A stretch of DNA of 64,000 nucleotides from Verrucomicrobiia bacterium (GCA_963664225.1 OY760937.1:5632001-5696000); one strand, 5' to 3'; counted from the stretch's first letter, positions 27,318 through 38,689 are shown. Made by a program: numbers and translations. The notes: generated by a model not told the origin, from the letters alone.

Positions 27318-28739
27318 TCAGGTCGGTTGGATCGTGTTTGCCGAGGTTCCCGTTCCATTTGCCGATAGTTGTTTGGCCAGGCTCAACAGGGAAGTGCCTC
27401 CCGCGACTTGCTGTTCCGCATCACTAATGCGGGTCACTTCCTGGAGGACAGGAGCGCGGCTGGCATCATCCCGGGTTTGCACATCCACTCCGCTTCCAGA
27501 TCGCATCGCGTGAAGGATGTCATGACAGGTGATGGCATCCAGAGGCCGTGACGGGGTATAGGAAACATCAATGCCCGCAACCTCGATCAGCAAACCCGCT
27601 TTGAGAAGCGTCTGCATGACAGATGAAACCAGACGGGACGGCACCGCCAGTTGCGCGCACAATGCCTGCATGGGCAACGGCTTCTGTCCCCGGTAAAAAG
27701 AGTTTCCAATAAGGACCATTAATCGCATGGCGACAAACTCGCGGCTGCGCACATTGACATTATCTGCAAGCTTGCCCTGCAAATAGGCGCGCTGGTTTTG
27801 ATAAGCGTAAGCCACTTGCGCTCCAAAAAGCACGATCACCCAGGAAAAGTACATGCCGACCAGGAAGACCGGGACCATGGCGAAGCTGCCGTAAATCTTA
27901 CTGTAGGTCACCACTTTGGAAACGTATATGACGTTGAAGAGGTTGTTCGACTGCCAAAGTATGCCACCCACAGCGCCACCGACCAATGCCGCCTTCCAAT
28001 GAACCCGGGTGTTGGGCATGATGGCGTAAAATAATGAGAAACCGCAAATCAACAGGATAAAAGGCAGCAGCCCGAACAGCAGACTGCCGATGATGGGTAC
28101 ATAGGAGAGCAGTTTATGCGTGGCCAAAAAATAGGGGCCCGAAGTGAGTGCGATGGCAATGATGATAAAGATCGGTCCCAAGGTAATCGCGGCCCAATAT
28201 TGGACCACACGGGCGAACCAACTTCGTCCGCGCGTGACTCCCCAAATGTCGTTAAAGGTGGTTTCAATGGTGCTGAGCATCATGATTGCAACGAGGATCA
28301 AGGAAATAAAGCCGGTAGCCCCCAGGGTTCCGCTTCGGATATTGGCGACATATTCGGTGATTTTTTTGACAATCTCCCGCTGTCCCGAGGTGTCACCGGT
28401 TTTTGGGATAAGCCCCACTTGCGGCGCCGCGGTATCCACGAGGGTATTGATGAGTTGCTCAATGGGTTTTTCCCCCTGGCTTTGCAGCAGGCTAGTGGAT
28501 ACGCCGATAATGAGTGCCAGCAACGGGATCAAGGCAAGCAAAGTGGTATAGGCGAGGGCTGAGGCACGGACCGGACAGCGATTGCGTATGAAACTTTTGA
28601 TGACCATGAGCCAGAAGTGCGCAAATCGCAGGCCGCGCGACATCTGCGCCTCGTCTTTGGATTCCAAACCCTGCTCGCTCAGAAAAGCCTCGGCTTTAGC
28701 TTGGAGTTGCCCCCATTTTCCCATTGGTTCATTGGCCAT
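27318..28739 (-). CDS. YihY/BrkB family inner-membrane protein with C-terminal wHTH-like extension
   Basis: ASALAYTTLLALIP, FNDIW, MPNTRV, YSKIYGS; ~6 TM helices; start placed at MANEP. Confidence 0.88.
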   Translation of the reverse strand: MANEPMGKWGQLQAKAEAFLSEQGLESKDEAQMSRGLRFAHFWLMVIKSFIRNRCPVRASALAYTTLLALIPLLALIIGVSTSLLQSQGEKPIEQLINTLVDTAAPQVGLIPKTGDTSGQREIVKKITEYVANIRSGTLGATGFISLILVAIMMLSTIETTFNDIWGVTRGRSWFARVVQYWAAITLGPIFIIIAIALTSGPYFLATHKLLSYVPIIGSLLFGLLPFILLICGFSLFYAIMPNTRVHWKAALVGGAVGGILWQSNNLFNVIYVSKVVTYSKIYGSFAMVPVFLVGMYFSWVIVLFGAQVAYAYQNQRAYLQGKLADNVNVRSREFVAMRLMVLIGNSFYRGQKPLPMQALCAQLAVPSRLVSSVMQTLLKAGLLIEVAGIDVSYTPSRPLDAITCHDILHAMRSGSGVDVQTRDDASRAPVLQEVTRISDAEQQVAGGTSLLSLAKQLSANGTGTSANTIQPT

Positions 28740-28931
28740 ACTTTTTACAATCGAATGATCGATCCTGGAAAACATCGTTTCCGGCTCTTTCCATGCCTCC
28801 AGACTGGTCACAGATGGTTGATAAAGTCAACGCAGCCGGTTTTAAGATGAACATGGCGCGCTTTTGTCGAATTCCTCACAAAACTTATAAATGCTTGTCC
28901 CAAGACGATTTTTTAATAAGTTTTCAAGCCA

Positions 28932-30242
28932 ATGAAGTCGAAATTAGAAAATCTGTATTTTGCGGTTCTGGCGGTAATGGGTGCGTTGCTGGTATGGACT
29001 GTTTGCGCCAGCGCTCAGACTAATGCGACCAATGCGACCGCGGGAATGACGAATCAAACCGGGTTGGAAACCACCAACAGGCCGTCGATGAATCTGCAGC
29101 ACATGCTCGAAAATACCGAGCCGCTGACTTTCGGATTGGACCGAGTGCCGTTCCTGCAAACTCATTTGTTCGGAAATCCTTTATGGAAGTATGCGGCGTC
29201 GCTCATTTACATTTTTCTGGCGTTTTATGTTTCCAAAATAATCGATTGGATCGTGCAGGTTTGGCTGAAGCGTTGGACGGCAAAAACGAAGACTAATTTC
29301 GACGATCTCTTGCTGGGATTGTTGCACGGTCCTATCAAAGTCGTCAGTTTCGTCATCCTGCTGCATATTGGCCTGAACCTGTTCATCTGGCCGGCCTGGG
29401 TTAATAATTACATCTCCAAAGCACTTCAATTAATCGTGGCGGGATCATTGACTTATGTGGGGTTGAAATTCATCGATCTGCTGATCAGTTATTGGAAGAT
29501 TCGCACCGGCAGGGAGGAGGATAAAGTCTTTAATGAAATGATTTTTCCCATGCTCGGCAAGGCGCTTAAAGCCTTTCTCGTCATCGTTGCCATTCTCGTC
29601 ACCGCTCAGAATCTGAATTTTAACATCACAAGCGTCCTGGCTTCACTTTCCATCGGTGGTCTGGCCCTTGGTCTCGCCGCTCAGGACACCGTGGCCAACC
29701 TGTTTGGCGCAGCGGCAGTTTTCATGGATAAGCCGTTTCGAATCGGGGACCGTATCAAACTTGAAGGTGGTGTGGATGGTGTGGTGGAAACCATCGGCCT
29801 GCGCAGCACGCGCGTGCGTAATTTGGATGGGCATTTGATTACGGTGCCTAATAAAACCATGGGTAACGCCACCATCACCAATGTCGCGATGCGACCCACA
29901 ATCAAGACGGAGATGGTCTTTGGCCTGACTTATGACACAAGCGCCGAACGGATGCGCAAGGCACTTGCCATTCTTAATGAGATATACCGTGGTCATCCGA
30001 TGACCCATGATGTGACCATCGCCTTTACGCAGTTTGCCGATTCTTCGCTCAATATTCAGGTGACCCACTGGTGGAAGAATACGGATTACAGGGTTTATTT
30101 ATTGGAGATGCAGGAAATCAATCTTGCCATCAAACAACGGTTCGATGCCGAGGGTCTGAGTTTTGCATTCCCGTCCCGCACTCTCTATGTCAAACAGGAT
30201 TCGGAGTGGCGCGTGGCGACTCCACCCGTTGCCAAAGCATAA
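28932..30242 (+). CDS. Small-conductance mechanosensitive channel (MscS family)
   Basis: GGLALGLAAQDTVANLF, KPFRIGDRI, IGLRST, VPN, FADSSLN, FAFPSRT. Confidence 0.93.
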   Translation: MKSKLENLYFAVLAVMGALLVWTVCASAQTNATNATAGMTNQTGLETTNRPSMNLQHMLENTEPLTFGLDRVPFLQTHLFGNPLWKYAASLIYIFLAFYVSKIIDWIVQVWLKRWTAKTKTNFDDLLLGLLHGPIKVVSFVILLHIGLNLFIWPAWVNNYISKALQLIVAGSLTYVGLKFIDLLISYWKIRTGREEDKVFNEMIFPMLGKALKAFLVIVAILVTAQNLNFNITSVLASLSIGGLALGLAAQDTVANLFGAAAVFMDKPFRIGDRIKLEGGVDGVVETIGLRSTRVRNLDGHLITVPNKTMGNATITNVAMRPTIKTEMVFGLTYDTSAERMRKALAILNEIYRGHPMTHDVTIAFTQFADSSLNIQVTHWWKNTDYRVYLLEMQEINLAIKQRFDAEGLSFAFPSRTLYVKQDSEWRVATPPVAKA

Positions 30243-30290
30243 AACAAGAGACGACTGGCGCGATTCAAAGGCTGGATTACTTTAACGACA

Positions 30291-31361
30291 ATGAAAACCA
30301 AAGCGTTGGAATTTTTAAAAACCCTGGTCAATACACCCAGCCCTTCCGGACACGAATTTCGCGGGCAACGGGTCTGGCTGGACCATGTCAAAACCTTCGC
30401 CGACGAGACCTTCACCGATGCTTACGGAAATGCGGTTGCCGTCCTGAACAAGGGCGGATCCCCCCGGCTGATGCTCGCGGCACATGCCGACGAAATCGGG
30501 ATGGCCGTCAATTATATCAGCGAGGAGGGGTATATTTATGTGCGAAAATTGGGGGGGATAGACGCCGCCATAACCAAGGCGCAGCGTGTGGTCATCCATA
30601 CCCGAAAAGGTCCAGTGAAAGGAGTTGTCGGGAATGTGGCTCCCCATTTGACCAAGGATGAGGGCGAGAAAAAAGCGCCTAAAATTCACGATCTGTTTAT
30701 TGATATCGGCGTCAAAGACAAGCGTGAAGCCCAGGAATTGGTGCGGGTCGGAGATCCCATGACGTTGGACGATCAATTCGAGTTGCTCCGCAACAATCTG
30801 GCCATCGCGCGGGCGTTCGACAACCGGATCGGCACTTTCGCCGTGGCCGAAGCGCTTCGGATTCTTAAGGAAGACAAGATCAAACTCAAAGCCGAGATTT
30901 GCGCTGTTTCGAACATCATGGAGGAAGTTGGCCTGCTCGGGGCCCGCCAGATTGCCTATTCCTTGAAACCTGACGCTGCGTTGGTTGTGGATGTGACCCA
31001 CGCGACCGATTATCCCACCGTGAGCAAGGCTCAACATGGAGATATAAAAATCGGAGCCGGCCCGGCCATCACGCACGGTGGCTGCAATCATCCCGCCATT
31101 GTTGATCGCATCGAAGAAGTGGCGAAAAAGATGAAAATACCGCTTCAACACGAAACGATGTCCGCCAGCAGTGGGACGGATACGGATGTGATATTCTGGA
31201 CTCGTGGAGGCATTCCCAGCGGCTTGATCAGCCTCCCGGATCGCTACATGCATTCCTCGGTCGAGTTGATCAGTCTTGATGATCTTGATCAGGTGACGGA
31301 ATTGCTGGTCGGTTTTTCGGCCTCCCTGAAATCCGGGGAAATGTTCAAGGTCAAGATTTGA
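30291..31361 (+). CDS. M42 family metallo-aminopeptidase
   Basis: SPSGHE, AHADEIG, AFDNRIG, MEEVG, VDVT, GTD, RYMHS. Confidence 0.92.
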   Translation: MKTKALEFLKTLVNTPSPSGHEFRGQRVWLDHVKTFADETFTDAYGNAVAVLNKGGSPRLMLAAHADEIGMAVNYISEEGYIYVRKLGGIDAAITKAQRVVIHTRKGPVKGVVGNVAPHLTKDEGEKKAPKIHDLFIDIGVKDKREAQELVRVGDPMTLDDQFELLRNNLAIARAFDNRIGTFAVAEALRILKEDKIKLKAEICAVSNIMEEVGLLGARQIAYSLKPDAALVVDVTHATDYPTVSKAQHGDIKIGAGPAITHGGCNHPAIVDRIEEVAKKMKIPLQHETMSASSGTDTDVIFWTRGGIPSGLISLPDRYMHSSVELISLDDLDQVTELLVGFSASLKSGEMFKVKI

Positions 31362-31466
31362 AGGGTATGCCTGGCGCACCCCGGCTTGATTGTTCTCGAT
31401 ACGGAGTGTGAGAATGTGTAAAGCCCGGGTGCCTCGTTATGGTGAAATGAAAAACGGAGAGAAGTG

Positions 31467-34241
31467 ATGCGCAAACAAGCGTCGATGAGGATTTTGGCCA
31501 AGATTCTATCGTTGGCGGTGTTCACAATGGCGACGGTGTTGGCTGCGGCCTTCACAGTGCCGCCTTATGGAGCTCCGACTCCGGTGGAATTGCGATGCGA
31601 GTATTTGAAGAATCCGCTTGGGATCGATGATCTCCATCCGCGCCTGTGTTGGAAAACCGACACAACAAAGGATGGGTGGCAATCCGTGCGCGGAATCATG
31701 GAGTCGGCGTATCGCATTCTGGTGGCCTCGTCGCCGGAAAAGCTCTCCAAGGAGGAAGGCGATCTGTGGGATAGCGGGAAAGTGGTGTCTGAGCAAAGCC
31801 AGAACGTCGAGTATGCCGGGAAGCCCATGGCGACACGCCAACGCTGCCATTGGAAGGTGAAGATATGGGATCCCAACGGCAGGGTGTCGGCATGGAGCGC
31901 GCCGGCGCAGTGGACGATGGGATTGTTGAACGCGGAAGATTGGCAGGCACACTGGATCACCGCGGATAAAAGAAACAATGCGCCACTCCAGGGACTGCCA
32001 TTATTGCGCGCGTCCTTCCGCGTCGAAAAGCCGGTGCGACGCGCAGAACTCTTCATCTGTGGACTCGGCTTTTACGAAGCGCGCCTCAATGGAACGCCAC
32101 TGGACGATGCGGTGCTCGAGCCAGGCTGGACCAACTATCGCAAAACATGCCTTTACCGCGTTCATGACCTGACCGGACGCATTGTTGCGGGTGAAAATAT
32201 TCTCGGCGTGATGCTTGGTAACGGCATGTATAATGTCGTTGGCGGCCGATACACGAAATTCACCGGCTCATTTGGTTCCCCAAAGCTCGTGGCCCAACTG
32301 GACATTGAATACACGGATGGAACCACCTCCCGCGTGGTTACAGACGAATCATGGAAGACCGCGCTGGGGCCCATCGTTTTTTCCTGCATCTACGGTGGCG
32401 AGGACTACGATGCCCGCAAGGAATGCGCAGGCTGGGATCGTTCGGGTTTTGATGCTTCAGCCTGGCAGGCTGCTGAAAAATGCGAGGGCCCCGGTGGCCG
32501 TCTATCAACTCGCTCGGCATCGCCGATCAAGGTCATGGAGACGCTAAAAACCGCCAAAGTGTCGCAGCCACGTCCAGGTTTGTGGGTTTACGACCTTGGT
32601 CAGAACTTCTCAGGCTGGCCCAAGCTGAGTGTGCAGGGCCAGGCTGGCGCCACAGTGAAGATGATCACTGGTGAATTGCTGGATCAATCCGGGCTTGTGA
32701 GCCAGGGAAGTTCCGGCAGTCCGGTGTGGTTTGCCTACACGCTCAAGGGTGACGGCACTGAGATTTGGGAACCCCGGTTTTCATACACAGGCTTTCGTTA
32801 TGTGCAGGTTGAGGGAGCCGTTCCAGCCAGCGAAACCACGGTCGGATCCGGATTGCCACGCATCCAGAACATCGAGGGCCGGTTCCTCTATTCCGATGTT
32901 GCTGTGAACGGCGCATTTTCCTGTTCCAACCCGGATGTCAACCGCGTGCATGCCCTGATCCTTGCCGCCATCAAGAGCAACTTCAAAAGTGTGCTGACCG
33001 ATTGTCCACACCGCGAGAAACTAGGCTGGCTCGAATGCACGCATCTGCTCGCTGGTTGCTTCATGTATAATTACGACTGCGCGCGATTTTACGAAAAAAT
33101 CGCCACTGACATGCGGGACGCTCAACTCGACGATGGCATGGTTCCCGACATTGCTCCTGAGTTTGTCGTTTTTAGCGGTGGGTTCCGCGATTCACCCGAG
33201 TGGGGAAGCGCCTGTGTTATCGCTCCGTGGCGCGCCTATCAAATGAACGGCGATGTCCGGATTCTTGAGGCGCAGTATGAGACCATGAAGCGTTATGTCG
33301 GCTATCTTGGCGGCAAAGCGAAGAAAGATATCCTCTCGCATGGACTGGGGGATTGGTATGACATCGGCCCGCGCGGTCCCGGAGAGTCCCAGCTCACATC
33401 CCTTGGATTGACTGCGACTGGCGTTTACTACCAGGACATTGATATTCTGAGGCAGGTTGCCGGTTTGCTTGGCAAAAATGATGACGCGCGCACTTATGAA
33501 AAGTTAGCGGACGAGGTCATGAATGCCTTTAACGGCGCCTTTTTTCACGCCGAGAAGAATCAATATGATCGCAACAGCCAGACAGGGAATGCGCTGCCGC
33601 TGGTTCTCGGGCTTGTATCCCCCGCTCGACAGGCGGCTGTCCTTGACAACCTTGTCAGCGACGTTGCACAGAATGGAAACCGCGTAACCGCAGGCGATGT
33701 TGGATTTTACTATGTGATTCAAGCACTCCTGAAGGGCGGCCGAAGCGACGTGCTTTACGCCATGCTTTGCCAGACCAACGGCCCCGGCTATATGTATCAG
33801 CTCCGAATGAATGCCACCAGTCTCACGGAGGCCTGGGATACCAACCCCATATCATCCCAGAATCATTGCATGCTGGGGCATATCGAAGAATGGTTTTACA
33901 GCGGTCTTCTTGGCATACGGGCTGACGCGCCGGGTTTTCGAAAGATCGTTGTTGCTCCGCAAATGGCAGGCGACCTGACATGGGCCAAAGGGCATTATGA
34001 TTCTCAATATGGCCGAATCGCCAGCAACTGGAAACGGGATGCCAACACGCTGACGATGGAAGTCACTATTCCCGAAAATACGACCGCGACGGTTTATGTT
34101 CCCACAAGTAATGCGACCGGCATTACTGAATCCGGGACACCCGCGTCGCAAGCGCAGGGCGTAAAGTTTCTGCGGACGGAGAAAGAAACTGCCGTATATG
34201 AGGTTGGCTCGGGAGTTTACCATTTCAAATCCATGCTTTGA
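31467..34241 (+). CDS. Secreted GH78-family alpha-L-rhamnosidase-like glycosidase
   Basis: Signal peptide; LRCEY..NPLGID, DLWDSGKV, YDLGQNF, YTGFRY, TDCPHREKLGW, GDW, TSLTEAW, SQNH. Confidence 0.9.
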   Translation: MRKQASMRILAKILSLAVFTMATVLAAAFTVPPYGAPTPVELRCEYLKNPLGIDDLHPRLCWKTDTTKDGWQSVRGIMESAYRILVASSPEKLSKEEGDLWDSGKVVSEQSQNVEYAGKPMATRQRCHWKVKIWDPNGRVSAWSAPAQWTMGLLNAEDWQAHWITADKRNNAPLQGLPLLRASFRVEKPVRRAELFICGLGFYEARLNGTPLDDAVLEPGWTNYRKTCLYRVHDLTGRIVAGENILGVMLGNGMYNVVGGRYTKFTGSFGSPKLVAQLDIEYTDGTTSRVVTDESWKTALGPIVFSCIYGGEDYDARKECAGWDRSGFDASAWQAAEKCEGPGGRLSTRSASPIKVMETLKTAKVSQPRPGLWVYDLGQNFSGWPKLSVQGQAGATVKMITGELLDQSGLVSQGSSGSPVWFAYTLKGDGTEIWEPRFSYTGFRYVQVEGAVPASETTVGSGLPRIQNIEGRFLYSDVAVNGAFSCSNPDVNRVHALILAAIKSNFKSVLTDCPHREKLGWLECTHLLAGCFMYNYDCARFYEKIATDMRDAQLDDGMVPDIAPEFVVFSGGFRDSPEWGSACVIAPWRAYQMNGDVRILEAQYETMKRYVGYLGGKAKKDILSHGLGDWYDIGPRGPGESQLTSLGLTATGVYYQDIDILRQVAGLLGKNDDARTYEKLADEVMNAFNGAFFHAEKNQYDRNSQTGNALPLVLGLVSPARQAAVLDNLVSDVAQNGNRVTAGDVGFYYVIQALLKGGRSDVLYAMLCQTNGPGYMYQLRMNATSLTEAWDTNPISSQNHCMLGHIEEWFYSGLLGIRADAPGFRKIVVAPQMAGDLTWAKGHYDSQYGRIASNWKRDANTLTMEVTIPENTTATVYVPTSNATGITESGTPASQAQGVKFLRTEKETAVYEVGSGVYHFKSML

Positions 34242-34417
34242 TTGGAGCAGCAGGAGCGTTTGGCAATTTGCGATGAGCATGGAGAGCGTCGGCTTGCTGT
34301 CAGGCATGGGCGTATTTGTCGCCCAATGTATGAAATGCCCGCAATCAACCCATCCAAAGACCAAGGTTGGTTTTCATCATAACACCAACCGATAATGCGA
34401 TGCCGCCACTGAGGCTC

Positions 34418-35968
34418 TCAATCCAACCTGTAGAGAACAGCTTGTTGAATCGATACTTTTTTGCTAGTGGATCGCTCGTCCGCGTCGTTTCGCAGAACAA
34501 TTCGCAGAGTGTGTTTGCCGGGTTTCAGGCCATAGGTGTGCCACAGAGTGCTATCGTAAGTATTAGGAACAATGTAGGCATCCAGCATGCTCATTCTCTT
34601 GCCGTCCAGATAAACGTCCGCCCTTCCTCCTTCTTGAGAGAGTTGTCCCATGAGCGCGATGGCCGAGCCTTCAAAACGGAGCGTGGTCTCGGCGTTCACT
34701 GAAGCGGCGGATTTTGCATTTTTGCCGCTTTGCCAGTTGCCTTGCCACGTCCAGGCGTTGTCCTGGACAGGAACGATTTTATACGGACGACCGGGATTCC
34801 ATTGTTCAAGCTTGGGGGATCGCGGAGTCTGAGTCGGAAATGTGATGTCCGTTTCGGTGATTTTTCCACCGGCTTTGGCAATCAGGGTTATGGCGCGATA
34901 TTCGGTCGATTTAACAATGTCCTTGAAGGAGTAATCGGTGAATTCAAATTTTGTATCCGCTATTTTATCGATTCCGCTTTTGAAAAAGTCCGGAATTTTG
35001 GAATAACCGAGCATGACTCCCAGCACTCCGGCAGCGCTGGAGGGATTGCAGTCCGAATCCTGGCCGCATCGCGTGGCGATTTCCATGGTTTTGCCGAAGT
35101 CGCCTTTGCCGAAAAGGAGACCGAACGCGATATAGGCGCCATTTAACTTGGCGTCGATGTTAAAAGGTTGCATGGCGCCGTCGGGACAGACATCGTCTTT
35201 GTCCCATTTGTCCTCAATCATTTGCCATACTTTGCGCCAGTCATCGGGATTTTGAGCTGAATATTCGAGCAAATCACGAACGACTGCGGCGTAAGTGCTC
35301 TGGCTGGGAATACAGGCGAGTCCGGCCTCAACGACTTTGCGAGGGTTGTTTTCGAAATAGGCCGCGCTGTACATGCCGCAGACGAACATGCCACCATAAA
35401 CGCCATCGCCGTAATTCATCACGCGCCCCACGCGGTCGCAATACAAATTCGAAAAGCGCGGCAGACCAGGGGACATCAGGCCAATGAAGTCCGCTTCAAT
35501 TTGGAAATCGATGTCGTTTGCATGGGCATTGTAAAGCGGGTGACCGGACCTGGGGGCTTTAATTCCTCGGTTTAAATTGCGGCGGGCGGCGGCATTGGCA
35601 TGCCAGAGGCCATACTTGGAATTCTTGAACGCTTCACCGTATTGTTCCGAGGTGGCGTTTAAGCCCACGGTATCCATCACACGGGCGAAGGTCATCTCCA
35701 CATAGAGGTCGTCCTGGTGAATCGAATTTTCGACGCGATCCGGCGCCCATTTGATTTCCGCATCGTAAATCTTGCTCAGGGCGCGGAATTCAGTGGGTGC
35801 GCCGTAGGAGACCCCGATCATCTGCCCGGCCCAGCCACCCTTGATTTTATCGAGCAGTTCGGCCCTGCCAATATGGCGCGGCTCCGACTTGGCAGCTTGA
35901 ATCATCATGGCGGACTGCCCCAGGACGAGGGCCGCAATCAGGCTGGTCATCAATTTGCTTTGTTTCAT
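34418..35968 (-). CDS. Exported ADP-ribosylglycohydrolase-family protein with C-terminal beta-sandwich
   Basis: Signal peptide; DKIKGGW.GQ..G, QDDLY, NDIDFQIEAD, GDG..GG, GQDSDCN. Confidence 0.82.
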   Translation of the reverse strand: MKQSKLMTSLIAALVLGQSAMMIQAAKSEPRHIGRAELLDKIKGGWAGQMIGVSYGAPTEFRALSKIYDAEIKWAPDRVENSIHQDDLYVEMTFARVMDTVGLNATSEQYGEAFKNSKYGLWHANAAARRNLNRGIKAPRSGHPLYNAHANDIDFQIEADFIGLMSPGLPRFSNLYCDRVGRVMNYGDGVYGGMFVCGMYSAAYFENNPRKVVEAGLACIPSQSTYAAVVRDLLEYSAQNPDDWRKVWQMIEDKWDKDDVCPDGAMQPFNIDAKLNGAYIAFGLLFGKGDFGKTMEIATRCGQDSDCNPSSAAGVLGVMLGYSKIPDFFKSGIDKIADTKFEFTDYSFKDIVKSTEYRAITLIAKAGGKITETDITFPTQTPRSPKLEQWNPGRPYKIVPVQDNAWTWQGNWQSGKNAKSAASVNAETTLRFEGSAIALMGQLSQEGGRADVYLDGKRMSMLDAYIVPNTYDSTLWHTYGLKPGKHTLRIVLRNDADERSTSKKVSIQQAVLYRLD

Positions 35969-36142
35969 GCATTCTCCTTAAGACTGGTTACAATGTCTGA
36001 CGATTAATTGATTCCAAAGGTCTCGACGCGGCGACAACACGGCACCGCCATAATTTGATTGAACGGCGTTTTTATAGGGATTCCAGTCTCATGCTGTCAA
36101 TGGCGTTGGTGTAAAAGAAATCCAGGCGAACAGGAGGGAAAT

Positions 36143-36178
36143 GAAAAACGCGCCGAGGCTTTTAGCTTCGACGCGTTT
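36143..36178 (-). terminator. Intrinsic terminator of ilvD
   Basis: AAACGCGCCGAGGCT-ttt-AGCTTCGACGCGTTT hairpin with T-run on - strand. Confidence 0.65.
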
Positions 36179-36209
36179 GCGTAGAGGACCAGGCGTTCAA
36201 CCGCGCAGG

Positions 36210-38480
36210 TTATTCGCCCTGATAAAGAACCCCACCCGTGCTGGCGTTGCTCACCATCTTCTGGTAACGGGCCAGCCAGCCGGAGAGCTTGCGTTGGACC
36301 GGTTTGAACGTGGTTTTGCGCTCGGCAAGTTCTGCGTCGCTTACGAGGATGTCGATGCGCCGATTTGGAAAATCGATGCGCAAACGGTCACCGGCCTTGA
36401 GCAGTCCAATGGGGCCGCCTTCAACTGCTTCGGGAGAGACATGACCAATGCACGCCCCGGCAGTGCCTCCGCTGAAACGTCCGTCGGTGATGAGGGCCAC
36501 CTTGTCCCCGAGACCCATTCCCACGATGTAGCTGGTGGGGGAGAGCATTTCCTGCATTCCAGGTCCGCCGCGGGGGCCTTCGTTGCGAATGATGGCGACA
36601 TCACCCGCTTTGACTTTGCCGCCGAGAATTCCCTCGCAAGCTTCTTCCTGGCTTTCGAAAATGACGCAAGGCCCTTCAAAGACAAAGGAAGGACCGCAGT
36701 AAGCCTTGAATCCGTCACTGATTCCCGCTGTTTTAACGACGGAACCTTCCGGGGCGAGTTGACCGTAAAGAATGGCCAGTCCGCCATCCTTGGTGTAAGC
36801 GGTTTCCGGGGTGCGAATGCATTGGCGCGCATCGAATCGGAACGCGGGATCGTAGGGCATCAGACCTGCCGATTTCGCTTTGGCCGTTGCTGCGGGACGC
36901 ACCAGGATGCGTGCCTTGGCGATCTGCCAATGGTTCAGACGCATGATTTGGAATACAGATGCGGGCTGACGCTCGCCGGTTTTCTGATATTGCCATGAAA
37001 TGATCACAGGAGATTTGCGCAACTCACCCAGTTCCTGACGGATCAAGCCCTGGCTCTCTTTCATGGTTTTTTCGAGGTAAGCGGTTATTGCCGCCCGCCC
37101 CACCAGAGTTTCCTGACCATCGATTTCCAGACGGGCCTTTTCAGTAAACAAACCGGATTGGGCCTCGAGATCGTCAGCATTAAAGGCTGCGGCCATGCGC
37201 CAGAGGGTGATCGCGCCCTGGTCGGCAGGGAAAAAGAGCAGCGGCTTGGGGGCCAGTCGGCCGCCAGGGGTGATCGCCGAGGCGCCCAGTTTATCGGTCG
37301 GATCCAACACAATGGCGGAAGCACCGGAGACACGCACGGCTTTGGCCCATGCGGAGCATTTCTCTGAACGCGCATCCCACTCATCGATATTCTCGCCGAG
37401 AGACTTGCCGGTCACGGTCTTGCATTCGAGTGTCAGGGCATTCATGCGCTTAAGTTCGCCTAAAATTGTGTGAATGCCTCCCGCGCGCTGCACATCCTGC
37501 ACGTGGTAATCCGAAGATGGTGAAACCTTGCACAGGCATGGGACACGACGGGAAATGGCGTCGATTCGGGCAATATCGTAATCAATGCCCGCTTCACGCG
37601 CGATGGCCAGTGTGTGGAGAATGGTATTCGTCGAACCACCCATTGCAACATCGAGCGCAATGGCGTTGTCAAAAGCCTCAATGGTGGCAATGTCGCGCGG
37701 CTTCAGGTCCTTCTCAATGAGCTTGAGAATCTGACGCGCAGCGCGGTCATAGAGGGCTTCGCGTTCCTTGGAAACGGCCAGCACGGTGCCATTGCCCGGC
37801 AAGGCCATCCCCAAAGCTTCACAAAGGCAGTTCATCGAATTGGCGGTGAACATGCCGGAGCAGGAACCGCAAGTGGGGCAGGCGGCCTTTTCAAGACGGT
37901 CCAACTCAGCGGTGGTGATTTTGCCACTCTGCAATTCAGCGACGCCTTTAAACACAGAAATCAAGTCAGCCTTCTGAAAAGAAGCGGCGGAATTGACCTG
38001 ATCAGCGTGGTTGGCCTGAGTTTCAACCAAACCGGCCGCCATGGGGCCGCCGCTGACGAAAATCGTGGGGATGTTTAGACGCATTGAAGCCATCAACATG
38101 CCCGGCACGATCTTATCGCAATTTGGAATGCAGATCATGCCATCAAAGCAATGTGCCTTGCACATCGTCTCGACGCAGTCCGCAATCAGCTCGCGTGAGG
38201 GCAGGGAGTATTTCATCCCGCCATGTCCCATCGCAATACCGTCATCGACCCCGATGGTATCAAAGACAAATGGCACTCCGCCGGCTTCGCGAACGAGCCG
38301 TTTTACCAGTTGGCCGATTTCGTTGAGATGGGCGTGGCCGGGGATGATATCGGTGTAGCTATTACAGATGGCGATGAAGGGCTTGCTGAAGTCCTCATCC
38401 GATACAATGTTTCCGGTGGCGCGCAACAAACTGCGATGTGGCGCGCGTTCAAAACCTTTCTTAATGATGTCTGAGCGCAT
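36210..38480 (-). CDS. ilvD: Dihydroxy-acid dehydratase with a large internal insertion
   Basis: [73 protein letters not shown]. Confidence 0.95.
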   Translation of the reverse strand: MRSDIIKKGFERAPHRSLLRATGNIVSDEDFSKPFIAICNSYTDIIPGHAHLNEIGQLVKRLVREAGGVPFVFDTIGVDDGIAMGHGGMKYSLPSRELIADCVETMCKAHCFDGMICIPNCDKIVPGMLMASMRLNIPTIFVSGGPMAAGLVETQANHADQVNSAASFQKADLISVFKGVAELQSGKITTAELDRLEKAACPTCGSCSGMFTANSMNCLCEALGMALPGNGTVLAVSKEREALYDRAARQILKLIEKDLKPRDIATIEAFDNAIALDVAMGGSTNTILHTLAIAREAGIDYDIARIDAISRRVPCLCKVSPSSDYHVQDVQRAGGIHTILGELKRMNALTLECKTVTGKSLGENIDEWDARSEKCSAWAKAVRVSGASAIVLDPTDKLGASAITPGGRLAPKPLLFFPADQGAITLWRMAAAFNADDLEAQSGLFTEKARLEIDGQETLVGRAAITAYLEKTMKESQGLIRQELGELRKSPVIISWQYQKTGERQPASVFQIMRLNHWQIAKARILVRPAATAKAKSAGLMPYDPAFRFDARQCIRTPETAYTKDGGLAILYGQLAPEGSVVKTAGISDGFKAYCGPSFVFEGPCVIFESQEEACEGILGGKVKAGDVAIIRNEGPRGGPGMQEMLSPTSYIVGMGLGDKVALITDGRFSGGTAGACIGHVSPEAVEGGPIGLLKAGDRLRIDFPNRRIDILVSDAELAERKTTFKPVQRKLSGWLARYQKMVSNASTGGVLYQGE

Positions 38481-38689
38481 AGTTTAGGCCAACCAAGCTA
38501 AAACACATGATGGCAGTCGTCGAGCACGAGTTTTTTCGGTTTTGCTTCCCTTGTGCGAAGTTTTCTGATTGGATGTCCCTCTGCGGTGATGGGATTCCCG
38601 TATTTGGCAGGGCGCAGGACTAAAATCCGTCCGGCAAGTCGGATGCCCTGTTTTTTAGAGTCCATTATATTGATCAACAACTGTTTACA

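Noticed and set aside
36823..37380. Intein in IlvD
   Set aside because: No intein splice-junction residues or homing endonuclease motifs
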